Assembly: GCA_036339465.1 (NCBI GenBank) | Contig: JAYZAY010000073.1 | Location: forward strand, 29,502-93,501 | DNA: 64,000 nt | From: Myxococcota bacterium | Lineage (GTDB): Bacteria > Myxococcota > XYA12-FULL-58-9 > JABJBS01 | Reading direction: 5' to 3' | In this document: piece after piece, positions 48,997 to 59,105 of the stretch | Layout of the letters: every line of letters begins with the position of its first letter | How positions within the stretch are numbered: the first letter of the stretch is position 1 | Program-made: the position numbers and the translations under genes | The notes under the pieces: model-generated | Told to the model about the DNA's origin: nothing | Seen by the model: only the letters and a program-made list of their open reading frames with translations | The model's database searches: none

Positions 48997-50550
48997 TTAG
49001 AGTGACCCAACGCCTTGGGGATAATCCTTGAATCCCTTATGAACCAATCGAGCTAAAAAATCAGTAAAGGGAACAATATTTAAGTTCACACTGGCTTCTT
49101 CTAGGGCAGCCATATACTGGGAACGTTTGTCCAATGGAACGACAGTCCATGGATAACCCCCACTTGAGAGCATCACATTCATCAAGAAGCGCCCCATACG
49201 TCCATTGCCATCGATATAGGGATGAATGAATACAAAAATAAAGTGCCCAAGCACAACCCGGACTGAAGCCTCGGTTTCAGTTCCGAGCAATTCAAACAAA
49301 ACAGGCATCGCATCGCGGACTGCTTCTCGACTTGGTGGAACATGCATAGACTTGCGAATAAAGACAGGTTCGCTGCGATAACCTGCGAGATCCGATGGGC
49401 GCAAGATGCCTACGGCTACACCCGGCGCAAACATCTCTCTATACCAGGTGCTATGGTCATCGTGAGCGACCGCCCCTGGAGCATCATGATTGATAACCTT
49501 TTCAATACTTTTTCGCACCGCTTGGTAGGCTTGCCAGTACCCACGCGCGGCCATCGCATTATGCTCTTCAGCGTCGTGCTGAGTGCTATGTGGGTTCCAG
49601 TTGCCGCTGCGCACCTTCTCAATCAACTCAGGGCTTACGCGATACCCTTCGATCGATAGGGAATGATACGCATCCGTGACATAAACCTCTTCGATGCGTT
49701 TGAGGTAGCCCTCGACATCTTCTGGCAGACCGGGGGCTTCAGGAAAGCGCTCGATGATGGGGTCGCGCATTTCTTGCCACATCAAACGGATTCGGTTGGC
49801 GTAAGGGGATTGTTCTCGCGTCGAAAGGATGGCTGGGATTTGTGTTTCGAAAGGGTCCTGTTCACGGATTTCATATCCGGCAGCCCGCATGGCGTCTACG
49901 ATATTGTCTGCAATACGGTGACGCCCCATATTTCTGAATGCGCCCGCCATTCTGCCAGCAATCGTACTGTGGCCCCCTTCGAGTAGTCGGTCTAGCACTT
50001 CCGATGCATCGCGCACCATCGACAGTGCGGCACGCATATCAATAGGGTTTTGTGTAAAAGTTCTCGGGGAGCAGGCGATGAGGGCCGCTGGCAGTGAAAA
50101 CAGGCGCAAACCGTCTTTCTCCACCATGTCTTTGCCTTCAGGCAAGGCGGAACGGATATCAAGCAATGAGGTATTATGGGGCAATGCAGTGACATTATTT
50201 CGCGCTTTAGACGCACGAACCAGAAGCTGTTTGGGTACTGTCCGGTTCTCTGCATGTAGAGATAGGGATTGTTCGGGGGAAAGGCACCAATCTTTGCCCT
50301 TAACGTGTTCGAGATAAGCTGCGCAAAAGTGCCAGAATGAGGAATACCATGTCGTACTCTCTCCTGTGGTTTCATCGGGGCGAGCCGGGATATACCAGCC
50401 TTTGATGACCTCTTGGAGAAACCCATGCCTGCTGAGTCGTTCGCGATGGGTTCGGGTCAGATCGCCAGAGCGGATGGCAACCCGCCCACCTTTCTGAAGT
50501 TGGTGGAGAACTTCAAGAGATTCCGCTAGCTTTTCCGATGGCTTCGCCAT
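48997..50550 (-). CDS. Fic-domain protein with N-terminal extension
   Basis: Canonical HPYIDGNGRMGR motif and inhibitory-type SLSIEG motif. Start assigned to MAKPSEKL. Confidence 0.92.
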   Translation of the reverse strand: MAKPSEKLAESLEVLHQLQKGGRVAIRSGDLTRTHRERLSRHGFLQEVIKGWYIPARPDETTGESTTWYSSFWHFCAAYLEHVKGKDWCLSPEQSLSLHAENRTVPKQLLVRASKARNNVTALPHNTSLLDIRSALPEGKDMVEKDGLRLFSLPAALIACSPRTFTQNPIDMRAALSMVRDASEVLDRLLEGGHSTIAGRMAGAFRNMGRHRIADNIVDAMRAAGYEIREQDPFETQIPAILSTREQSPYANRIRLMWQEMRDPIIERFPEAPGLPEDVEGYLKRIEEVYVTDAYHSLSIEGYRVSPELIEKVRSGNWNPHSTQHDAEEHNAMAARGYWQAYQAVRKSIEKVINHDAPGAVAHDDHSTWYREMFAPGVAVGILRPSDLAGYRSEPVFIRKSMHVPPSREAVRDAMPVLFELLGTETEASVRVVLGHFIFVFIHPYIDGNGRMGRFLMNVMLSSGGYPWTVVPLDKRSQYMAALEEASVNLNIVPFTDFLARLVHKGFKDYPQGVGSL

Positions 50551-50565
50551 GCCCCATGATCCGTT

Positions 50566-50676
50566 CATTCGCTTGTTGTGATGTGCTATTCGTCGCTTAT
50601 TATGTTGTGCCATAATTCGCTTATTGTGTCGAGATTTAATTCGCTTATTGTGTCGTTCTGTAATTCGCTTATTCTG
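50566..50676. repeat. Five imperfect ~24-bp direct repeats (core TCGCTTATT) upstream of the Fic gene
   Basis: Read directly from the sequence. Confidence 0.88.
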
Positions 50677-51909
50677 TTGGCCCAAAAGCCAGACAAGCCT
50701 CGTCGTTGTGGGCGAGGAAAGACAGCGCACAAGCAACCAAGGTCCGATGCCTTGGTTTTTGGGCAAACCGGTGTTCTTTGATTTTCGATATATTGCCAAA
50801 CCACTTCCGCGGCATTACCTGCTCAATGGATTCCAGTGGATTTCTGGGCTTGCACCGAATATGAAGTCGTATTTTCTTCTATTCCAAAATCCCCCCCCAT
50901 CATCAACAGACAACGTCGTGAAATCATTGCCCTACCAGGGTACGTAGATTTTGTGCTTTGCCCCGAGCCCAACAACTTTGCCCTCGACTGCTTCAACCGA
51001 CGAAAGAACAAAATCGAGCACCTCACAGAAATGCCTGGAAAAATGCCATCGACCGCATTCAGATAGCCAAAACCCTGGCTCGAAAAGACGCCATCTCCTA
51101 TCCAACCTTCATCATCTACCTTAACCGAGAAAAAGCCGAAGGCCTCACAAGAGCCAAGACCATCATGAATGACGTTGCCGAGCTCCTCGACAAATAGCCA
51201 TGCAAGCTCAAACTCCGACATCAATTTGTAGACCGGTGGCGCCCGAATTCAAGCGTTTCCCATGGATTCCGACTGCACAAAGAATACCTGGAGTGCCTGG
51301 GGCTCTTACCGAAGCTCTACGCCCCCGAACATAACTTTGCCTATGCCAACAATACACCCAGCATTTCCCCAAGGGTCTTTGGAAAACCACCAACAGCTTC
51401 ACTCGCAATCGGATTAACGAAGGGACCTGCGTACAGACAGTCACCGCTCCACTCACCCCTTTTGGGTGGCTAGCCATTCCCACAACCCAAAAGATGTATT
51501 CCATTTCGAAAACCACAAGCAAAATTCCAATTTGCAAATCCAAAAAACCGCCCGCTAAATAGTTCACCCTGCAAAACGAAAAACCTGACCATCACCGTGC
51601 CTCAATACAATCTCACGCATACTCAAAATCCTTTTACCCAAAATTTCGCAGGGCTTAGTTTCGGCCCCCAGAAATAAGACCCTGGTCAACATAGACAACT
51701 CCCAGAAATTATCGCACAACCAAAAGTGCCAATATCGCCACCTTAGGTACCAAAGACATGACTGATGCACCCAATCCAAAATACCCTAAAAACAAATCAG
51801 AGAAATTGCCTCTATTGAGATTCCTGCAACTCATCTTCTGGTTTCAGGATGTGGTCCAGCTAAAGGAAATTCTTGCAACAAGATCCAAATATCGTTAGAG
51901 GGTCCCGAA

Positions 51910-52461
51910 ATGAAAATACTTTCAGTCGCGTTTGCAAAATTGGTCTACGCCCTTCGAGGCTGGGGGTTCGAACCCATTCCACACTATTGGGAATCAAAGC
52001 AGGTCATCATAGGCTTTCCACACCGCTCAAACTTGGACACGGTGATGGCCTTCGCAGGCTTCATGCGGATTAACATAAAGGGGCATGTGCTCATCAAGAA
52101 AACATGGTTCTTCTGGCCGCTCTCTTATTTGCTCAGGGGCCTAGGAGGTATTCCCGTAGATCGCAGTCAACCAGGCGGGGTTGTGGAACAGATGGTGGCT
52201 GAATTTTCAAATAGAGATGAATTCATCCTCGCCCTCGTGCCAGAGGGATCACGTCGAGGCGTGACCCGACTCAAAACAGGATTTTGGCATATCGCCAAAG
52301 ACGCCAACGTCCCGATCATCTGCTGGTACCTAGACCCCCACTACAAGCGCACCCGCTGGGTGGGTAAATTAACGCCCGGTGATTGTCGAGAAAAAGACAT
52401 GAAAATAATTAAGAAACTCTACAGCGAAGCAGGATTCGACATCCCGGACTTTCAAACCTAA
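51910..52461 (+). CDS. Lysophospholipid acyltransferase (PlsC-like)
   Basis: HRSNLD (HxxxxD), GGIPVDR, PEGSR and KTGFWHIA. Confidence 0.9.
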   Translation: MKILSVAFAKLVYALRGWGFEPIPHYWESKQVIIGFPHRSNLDTVMAFAGFMRINIKGHVLIKKTWFFWPLSYLLRGLGGIPVDRSQPGGVVEQMVAEFSNRDEFILALVPEGSRRGVTRLKTGFWHIAKDANVPIICWYLDPHYKRTRWVGKLTPGDCREKDMKIIKKLYSEAGFDIPDFQT

Positions 52462-52531
52462 AACGTTTTCTCTTCTTGGCTCTCTCGTTTTTCACCATAA
52501 AATCAATCACCTGCCCCGCGAGTTCCGGACC

Positions 52532-52975
52532 GGTTCTATCGCAAACTCAAATCGGGTCGACAACCACAGCACCGCGGTTATCTAAGTCAAGGCGCCGAGT
52601 CATTCAATTGTTGTATAAGCCCCCCCGTGTGGAATTGGAGGCACTTGTCCCCTACGAATCATTTGAATTAACTCGACGCCCACAAGTGTGGCATCGCCAA
52701 ATAAACCCCTTTAAATCCACGCGCAGTTCTCCTTTTCTCTTTCACTTGCCGATGGCCTGAATCCACGGTGTTTTTGAAGTATTTCCACTAGCCACCAACT
52801 TCGACCCAGGTCTCGTTTAAGCCCCAGCTCACACCAACGCGTCGTTTATAAGACTCGCATTAAACTCCCAACAAGGGCGCGTATTTCGCAACCCACCAAT
52901 TCACCATTGAATGGTCAACACCGACACCACATTCGTCTAGAAGCGCCTCATTAAGAGTTCTGATTCGTTCCAATG
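52532..52975 (-). mobile_element. Decayed, internally deleted IS6-family element (copy C)
   Basis: IR GGTTCTATCGCAAA at 52532; encodes GVGVDHSMVNWWVAKYAP...SWGLNETWVEVGG*WKY joined to VDSGHRQVK...GFK. Confidence 0.85.
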
Positions 52976-52995
52976 AGCTTATAATAAAATCCTTT

Positions 52996-55900
52996 TCATT
53001 CGTCTGATGTCGTTAGAATAGGATTGATAACAGCCCGCCCGTAAGTTGCCTCCCACAAATTATAACTCTCTTTTCCATTGCCGCTACCCCGAGTAAAGTG
53101 CTCAACAGCTTCATCAAACTCCTTCAACATGCTCATGGAGACTCTGTTGACGGGGGTGGTCATAATAAAAGCAACATCCAGACAAGGACCGGTCTGGTTA
53201 TTGCCGCAGGAGGAGTTCCAGCCAAGCTCGGTTGGGTTATAGCCCTCGATAGTGATAGGTTCACGCTCGGAACCCATCAACTCATACCAATCCTCCGGCG
53301 TATAAACTCGAAAACCATTATGACCAACCCACTCGGTGACTTCTCCGGTGGCCTGAATGGTAACTGCATACCGGTCTTCATTGCCGGTGCTTACCAACAC
53401 TCGGTCTGGTGCGGGCCCCAATCCCGCAAGAAACAACTCAACCTCGCTGTAGGGACCGGGTTCAGCGTTGTTTCCTGTATGGGTTCCGAAATAGGTCGGC
53501 CCAAATGAACGCAGCGTAAACCAGGCGGGATGCGCTCGGTAAGCAATTGCATTCATTCCCCACGGAGGCGCAACGACTGGAGTTACTAAATGATTCATCG
53601 GAAAACCTCCCAATTGTCCCAATTGCGAAACAAACCCCCAATGCGTCGTATCAAGTTTATAGGAACGGGCTGTAGCAACGGAAATATGACCATCCCAAAC
53701 GGGTTCTAGTGTCGGGTCCTCACCGGTTGAAGTAGAGCGAGCGCCGTACGGAAGTATCCCATTTCCCCAGCGATGCATGAGTTCATGTAAAGTCGCGCCT
53801 CCCTCTATCAGCGAGGAATTCGTTAACCGCATAATTCCGTCAATCCCTGTGCCGCAGCCCGAAACATCCACGCGAAACTCGGCCCCTCCCACTCCAGGAT
53901 AGGTAACCCACAAGACTTCGTCTGGGGGCGCGTCGTATAGTCCCGCTAAGAATTCGATGTAAGCACATCGAAGCGTGTAATTGCCTACAAATTGTCCCAC
54001 GAGAGTTTCGAAAAATTCGTCCGTAAGAACAACAATCGTGCCTCGCCCGCTCGGAAGTACGGTAATCGAGCGCAGTGCTGCTCTCCGCTGATTTTCGGTG
54101 AGGTTAGAGACCTCTTCAATATTGAAAATCCCACGACGTTCGCTAGTAATGGGAATACGATGAATCTCCCCTGCGCTGGCACTTAAAACGAGACTCTCAT
54201 CGGGCCCTCCGCCCCACCATTGAATGTCAGCGTCATTCAACTCTACGGTAGACAGCACTTCAATTTGCCCCACAAGGCCATTGGAGCCTTCTGCTGCACT
54301 AACGGCCATAACCCACTCCATTGGGAAGTCTGCCGTGATATATCCGCGTTTATAGTCTGTGTAGCTATTGAAATCGTATTGGGTAATAATGTCGAAGTCA
54401 TTTGGCATTCCAGAACGTTTGCGAACCCGCATCCAATCCTGCGACCCATCCCAGGTAAAGCAATCAAGGGCAGGGTTAGATGCATTTTCCATGCATTGCT
54501 CTAATCGCAATCTAAAGGGCTTGGACCGGTTATTGTGGTATCGATAAAACACTGGAGTTTCGCAATCTGCGATACAGTTAGACGAAGTTTCTCCATCGCT
54601 CACATCGCAAATCCCATTACCGCAATCGCAGGGTTTCTCAGCGCAAAGGCATATCCCACTTGAGCAGTTAGCCAAATCTCCATAAACTTCATCACAGGCA
54701 ACCGGTAAGCTTCCGCAGCCCGAAACGGCAGCTGTACAAGAGTCAACGGTGTCATTCCATTCATACCCCGCTGCGCATTCCTTCAAGCAGACTCCAAGAG
54801 CACAGCGAAGTTGTTCATTGGTGCCTAGGGTTTCATCGCAAATCTTTCCGGCGGCTCCACAATTTGTGAGGCTATCGGTAATACAACTCGAGCCGCTAAG
54901 ATGTGTTCCAATTGGGCAAGAAGCAGCACATTCGGCAGGCGCACCAATGGTGGTGGTTATGCATTCGAGTGTAGCCCCCGTCGGCCCTGAACACGCAAGA
55001 CCTTCTTGTCCACATTCACTTAGGCTATCTGCAACGCATCGACCTTCTGCTGCGAGGTGATACCCTAAGGAGCATTTTGTAGAGATACATTGACCTTGTT
55101 CGCATTGGGCGGTGACCGCATTGGCCATGGTTGTGCATGATGTTTGCCATGAACCACATGCATCTACGGTATTCTTGTCACACCCCAAATCCATAGAACC
55201 AGGGTGATACCTTGCACCATTTGTGTCGGTATTGCACGGTACAGCTTGCTGGGTATCCACAAAGCAAATTCCACCGCGACAAACAGAAGCTTTGGCCAAC
55301 GGGATTTTCAATTCGCAATCTAAATCCTCAGCGCAGCTATGGCGAGGACGGGCACAACGTTTGTGTCCGGCATTATCGGTGATTATTTCAAATCCAGGCA
55401 GACAGGTTTCAACATCACATAAACCCCCGGGACCACAAGTGGCGGTCGCAGCGTTTTGCTCACAATCCATTCGCTCAGAACCACACATTGTGGCGGTATT
55501 GGGCACGCATCGTTCTCCTCGATAGGTGGGGTGGTATCCGCCGAAACAGGTTGCAATCCCACAGGTGATCAAGTCTTGAGTGGTTCGGTCGTAGATTTCA
55601 GTTCGGTAACACTGCAAAGAGGTTGCTAGATAAGGGGCGTAATTGCCTAAATTGCAGTAATCATCGCACCAGGAAGTGCGTTCGGCGATACTTGCTAGAT
55701 CTTCATAAAAGTCACAATGGTCCAGTTCTGCATTACATTCAGGACGACAAACACCGTTGTTGAAGGTGTAGTTCTCATGGCATTGAAGTTCGCAAGAGTT
55801 TCCGTTGCAAACTTCCTGTCCGTAGAGATTGGGTAGGCATTCAGTATTCTCTCCTGCCGCTGATGTTTCCGAGCGATGAGTGCTTCCCGGAGGGCAGGGT

Positions 55901-56493
55901 TTACATTCATGGTTCATAACAAACTCATTCTCGGCGCAGAGGGTTTTTTCGCATGTGGTATCACTTCCGGATGCATCATCGTTTGCATTATTGGTGGTGC
56001 CCGGAGGGCAGGGCGCGCATGCATGGTTTGAAACGAGGAAATTTGCGTCACACAAAATAGCACCACAATCTATGCCGTCTCCGCTGTATCCGTTGTTGCA
56101 TTCACAGATCCGAGAGCCTACCGTATTGGTGCAGGTTGCTTGGGGAGCGCATCCTCCATTATTGGTAGCACACTCATCGATATCGACACAGGTTGGAGGT
56201 GCCCCTGTATTGTTGGTGCAAGTATAAAAAGCGGGGTCGCAATTTCCATTATTGGTAGCACACTCATCGATATCGACACAGGTTGGAGGTGCCCCTGTAT
56301 TGTTGGTGCACATAAAAAATCCCGCATCACCACATCCTCCATGATTGCTCTCACATTCGTCGATATCGGTGCATTGGCCATCCTTAAGTTCAAAGCCCTC
56401 TGTGCATTTGAGCTCATCCTTAGGGCCAGGCTTACAACTACTGGCGACGAAAAAAGGAAGAAGCGACATGAATAAGACGGTTTTACGATGCAT
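52996..56493 (-). CDS. Large Cys-rich lipoprotein with EGF-Ca-like repeats and a C-terminal zincin metallopeptidase domain
   Basis: Lipobox ASSC; DIDEC...C..N repeats; C.PCPPG repeats; TLHELMHRWG, HWG and YSEVELFLAGL. Confidence 0.82.
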   Translation of the reverse strand: MHRKTVLFMSLLPFFVASSCKPGPKDELKCTEGFELKDGQCTDIDECESNHGGCGDAGFFMCTNNTGAPPTCVDIDECATNNGNCDPAFYTCTNNTGAPPTCVDIDECATNNGGCAPQATCTNTVGSRICECNNGYSGDGIDCGAILCDANFLVSNHACAPCPPGTTNNANDDASGSDTTCEKTLCAENEFVMNHECKPCPPGSTHRSETSAAGENTECLPNLYGQEVCNGNSCELQCHENYTFNNGVCRPECNAELDHCDFYEDLASIAERTSWCDDYCNLGNYAPYLATSLQCYRTEIYDRTTQDLITCGIATCFGGYHPTYRGERCVPNTATMCGSERMDCEQNAATATCGPGGLCDVETCLPGFEIITDNAGHKRCARPRHSCAEDLDCELKIPLAKASVCRGGICFVDTQQAVPCNTDTNGARYHPGSMDLGCDKNTVDACGSWQTSCTTMANAVTAQCEQGQCISTKCSLGYHLAAEGRCVADSLSECGQEGLACSGPTGATLECITTTIGAPAECAASCPIGTHLSGSSCITDSLTNCGAAGKICDETLGTNEQLRCALGVCLKECAAGYEWNDTVDSCTAAVSGCGSLPVACDEVYGDLANCSSGICLCAEKPCDCGNGICDVSDGETSSNCIADCETPVFYRYHNNRSKPFRLRLEQCMENASNPALDCFTWDGSQDWMRVRKRSGMPNDFDIITQYDFNSYTDYKRGYITADFPMEWVMAVSAAEGSNGLVGQIEVLSTVELNDADIQWWGGGPDESLVLSASAGEIHRIPITSERRGIFNIEEVSNLTENQRRAALRSITVLPSGRGTIVVLTDEFFETLVGQFVGNYTLRCAYIEFLAGLYDAPPDEVLWVTYPGVGGAEFRVDVSGCGTGIDGIMRLTNSSLIEGGATLHELMHRWGNGILPYGARSTSTGEDPTLEPVWDGHISVATARSYKLDTTHWGFVSQLGQLGGFPMNHLVTPVVAPPWGMNAIAYRAHPAWFTLRSFGPTYFGTHTGNNAEPGPYSEVELFLAGLGPAPDRVLVSTGNEDRYAVTIQATGEVTEWVGHNGFRVYTPEDWYELMGSEREPITIEGYNPTELGWNSSCGNNQTGPCLDVAFIMTTPVNRVSMSMLKEFDEAVEHFTRGSGNGKESYNLWEATYGRAVINPILTTSDE

Positions 56494-56935
56494 CGTTGTT
56501 CCCCTTATTGTGCTCTTGGCCAAACTGCGCTTTCAGTATTGCCTCGGCCTCAAATATATCGAATTTTAAAGACGAAGCCTAAATTAAGGAACCAAAAGAA
56601 GCAGGGTCATGATTGGGCTCTAGACTCTGGTGACCGTGCCTTGTGGGATTATTCTAAAAATCAAAAAATCGTTTCTCTTACTGGACCAAGTCTAGGCGTT
56701 TTGTATCAAAGAGCTCGGTGATGCGCAGGGCACCGGCCTCTTTCCCTGCGCTCTTTTCGCGGAGGTTCATTTCCCCCCGCCCTTTTCCGTTTCGACTTGG
56801 AAGTGCCTAGGAACTTTAACCCCCAAGTGAGCCGCGAGCCGAGGTACGAAGTCGTCGAATTTAGCCTTACCGGTGCTTGCTTTTAGATATTCGTTCCTGC
56901 AAGGAGCCGCAAACCTAAGCCAAGGATTTTCTCCT

Positions 56936-58180
56936 ATGAAAACACCCCCACCCGCGTTTAACAAATTGAATCTCGCTCTCTTCACTTTTAGTCTCGCCCT
57001 TGGTTCTTGGGCCTGTGCCGACGGCCTTGACGAAGTGGAGGATCAGGTCGAACAAAAACAAACCACGAAGGATGAATTCGCCACCGAAAATCCTGGTGAA
57101 AACACCGCCGGTGAAATTGAGCCCACCACCACCACCACCACTGGCGCGGAAATCGAACCAGAACCAGAGATTGAAGCGGCGGTGGCCGACGCGCCTACGG
57201 TGACTTTACTCTGGTCGGAAGGAGATGAAGACACTGCGGTTGAGTTGCATATCGATGCGCTCTTAACAGACACCGATGGTTCCGAGACGCTAACGGTTAA
57301 GGTCTGTGGTTTCCCTATGAATAGTTCGGCTTCCTACGACGGGTTCTGCCGAAGTGGCTACGGTGATGATGGCCGACCGACGGGAAATAATAGCTATTTC
57401 AACAGCTGTGCTCTGCCCTTTAAGATGGGCGGAATACAGGACCATTACAAGTCGATGCGCGATAGCTGTATTATCATCGATTCTGAGACGCTGTCTGAGC
57501 TGGATAAGCCCGAGAGCCTATGTGATGCTTGTCCGGCGATTGACCACGCTTACGACCCGGTTTGTGGAGAAGAGAACACCACCTATCGCAACGAATGCGA
57601 AGCTGCCAATTGCGGGGGGGAAACCATTGAAAATCTTTATCGAGGAACCTGTGCCAAAAGCTTGTCTATTACGCCGCCCTTAAATTGGAATGGCGAGAGC
57701 TTGCTCCAGGTGACGGCGACCTCCGAAGAAACCTCTAATGGTGCCACAGCGTTGCGGAAGGTCACTGCAAAATTGTTGGTGCGATCTGTCAATGACTGCC
57801 CACGTGTGTTGGGACTCGCTGGCTCTGAACCAACCCAGGTCCCCAAGAATGGCAGTCGTGGGCTCTCCGCGATGATCAACGATGCAGATCAAAATGGTCA
57901 CTACACCGTGACGGTTGAAAGCGAATATGGAGCAGTCACCCTCCAATCTGTTTCCGGCGTTACTTGGCATGAGGGTATGGGACGAAACGCTCCCATCAAG
58001 AGATTTGATTGTCCACTCTCTCGATGCAATCAAGTATTTAGCCCTTTGATTTACAGGGCACCTACCGATTATGTCGGGACGGATTCAGTCACGGTGACCG
58101 TGGTCGATAATGGCGAACCGCGACCCAATGCCACACCCTATTCCGACACAGAAACAGTGGACATCATTGTTCTAGATTAG
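56936..58180 (+). CDS. Lipoprotein with Ig/cadherin-like repeats and an inserted Kazal domain
   Basis: Lipobox SWAC; GDEDT...DTDGSETL...ITPPLNWNG...VND; YDPVCGEENTTYRNECEA.NC...YRGTC. Confidence 0.78.
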   Translation: MKTPPPAFNKLNLALFTFSLALGSWACADGLDEVEDQVEQKQTTKDEFATENPGENTAGEIEPTTTTTTGAEIEPEPEIEAAVADAPTVTLLWSEGDEDTAVELHIDALLTDTDGSETLTVKVCGFPMNSSASYDGFCRSGYGDDGRPTGNNSYFNSCALPFKMGGIQDHYKSMRDSCIIIDSETLSELDKPESLCDACPAIDHAYDPVCGEENTTYRNECEAANCGGETIENLYRGTCAKSLSITPPLNWNGESLLQVTATSEETSNGATALRKVTAKLLVRSVNDCPRVLGLAGSEPTQVPKNGSRGLSAMINDADQNGHYTVTVESEYGAVTLQSVSGVTWHEGMGRNAPIKRFDCPLSRCNQVFSPLIYRAPTDYVGTDSVTVTVVDNGEPRPNATPYSDTETVDIIVLD

Positions 58181-58354
58181 GACATTCCATTTTTCCCGCC
58201 GGGATTCTCCCCCCCCCCGTCTCCGAAACCTCACCTAAAAACATCAAAAAGCCGACAAAATCACGAGGCAAAACACACCGATCCATATTGAAATTGTTCG
58301 TCTCGAAAATCAGTGGTACTATGGCCCCTAAATGTCATCTAAATTAAGGTAGTT

Positions 58355-58654
58355 ATGAAAAAGACTTTTAAATTGACGCATCCCAAGCATAAGCGACCCA
58401 GGCTGGTGGAGGCCGTTCGGCACGAAGTGAAAAAATATCTGAAGAGGGAGCGAAATAAGAAGTTGCCCCATAGTGCCGATTACTGGGATTTCGATTGCAA
58501 GTTTGGACACACAGAGGAAGAAGCCCGAGTGGTTCATATCTCAGAGATCAGCAAATGCATTGATGAAGTTGATAGAGAAGAGTTAACTTCGTTTTATCTA
58601 GAGATTTTGGCGAAGGAAGGTGTCAGGAAAAAATCCGCAACATCCAAGGGCTAG
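58355..58654 (+). CDS. DUF6172-like small basic protein
   Basis: MKKTFKLTHPK...KKYLKRER.KKLP...DYWDFDCKFG...FYLEILAK. Confidence 0.75.
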   Translation: MKKTFKLTHPKHKRPRLVEAVRHEVKKYLKRERNKKLPHSADYWDFDCKFGHTEEEARVVHISEISKCIDEVDREELTSFYLEILAKEGVRKKSATSKG

Positions 58655-58817
58655 GCTCAAGATAAATCAGGATAGCGGTCTCTTACACTGATTTTACTTA
58701 AAGCCCTGAGGGCATGTCATCAGCCCGTTACCGTCTCAATTCGAAACGCATGCTCTCAAGCGACTGTGTAACCTCACCCGTCTGCATGTTGTAATCCAAA
58801 AGGCGAACCGGCCACAT

Positions 58818-58859
58818 AACCATCTTTAAACCATCTTTAAACCATCTTTAAACCATCTT
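58818..58859. repeat. 11-bp tandem repeat AACCATCTTTA, about 4 copies
   Basis: Read directly from the sequence. Confidence 0.9.
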
Positions 58860-58966
58860 GATGGGTGTCTTCATCGAAGTTGTTGCTAACCTAGGGGCGC
58901 CGCTGGTTGGTCGAGGGTTTTCACCGAAGTAATCGGGTTGTCTAGGTGGACCTTCGTCGTGAAATA

Positions 58967-59041
58967 ATCGATGAGATTGATAGAGAAGAGCTGGATTCGT
59001 TTTATCTAGAAATCCTGGAAAAGGAAGGCGTCAAAAAAAAG
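58967..59041 (+). pseudogene. 3' remnant of a second DUF6172-like gene
   Basis: IDEIDREELDSFYLEILEKEGVKKK versus IDEVDREELTSFYLEILAKEGVRKK in the intact gene. Confidence 0.8.
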
Positions 59042-59105
59042 TTCAGCCAAAGAGTAAGGTCATTCCATCTACGCTTGTGGGTCTTGGTTATTTTTTAGGC
59101 TGGGT

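Noticed and set aside
50566..50676. CRISPR array
   Set aside because: The period is about 24 bp with no spacer-length unique sequence, and there are no cas genes.
50680..51200. Overlapping short plus-strand ORFs, possibly one frameshifted gene
   Set aside because: The family could not be identified; needs a translated search.
51961..51980. T-loop-like GGGGGTTCGAACCC suggesting a tRNA
   Set aside because: It lies in frame within the acyltransferase gene, with no cloverleaf around it.
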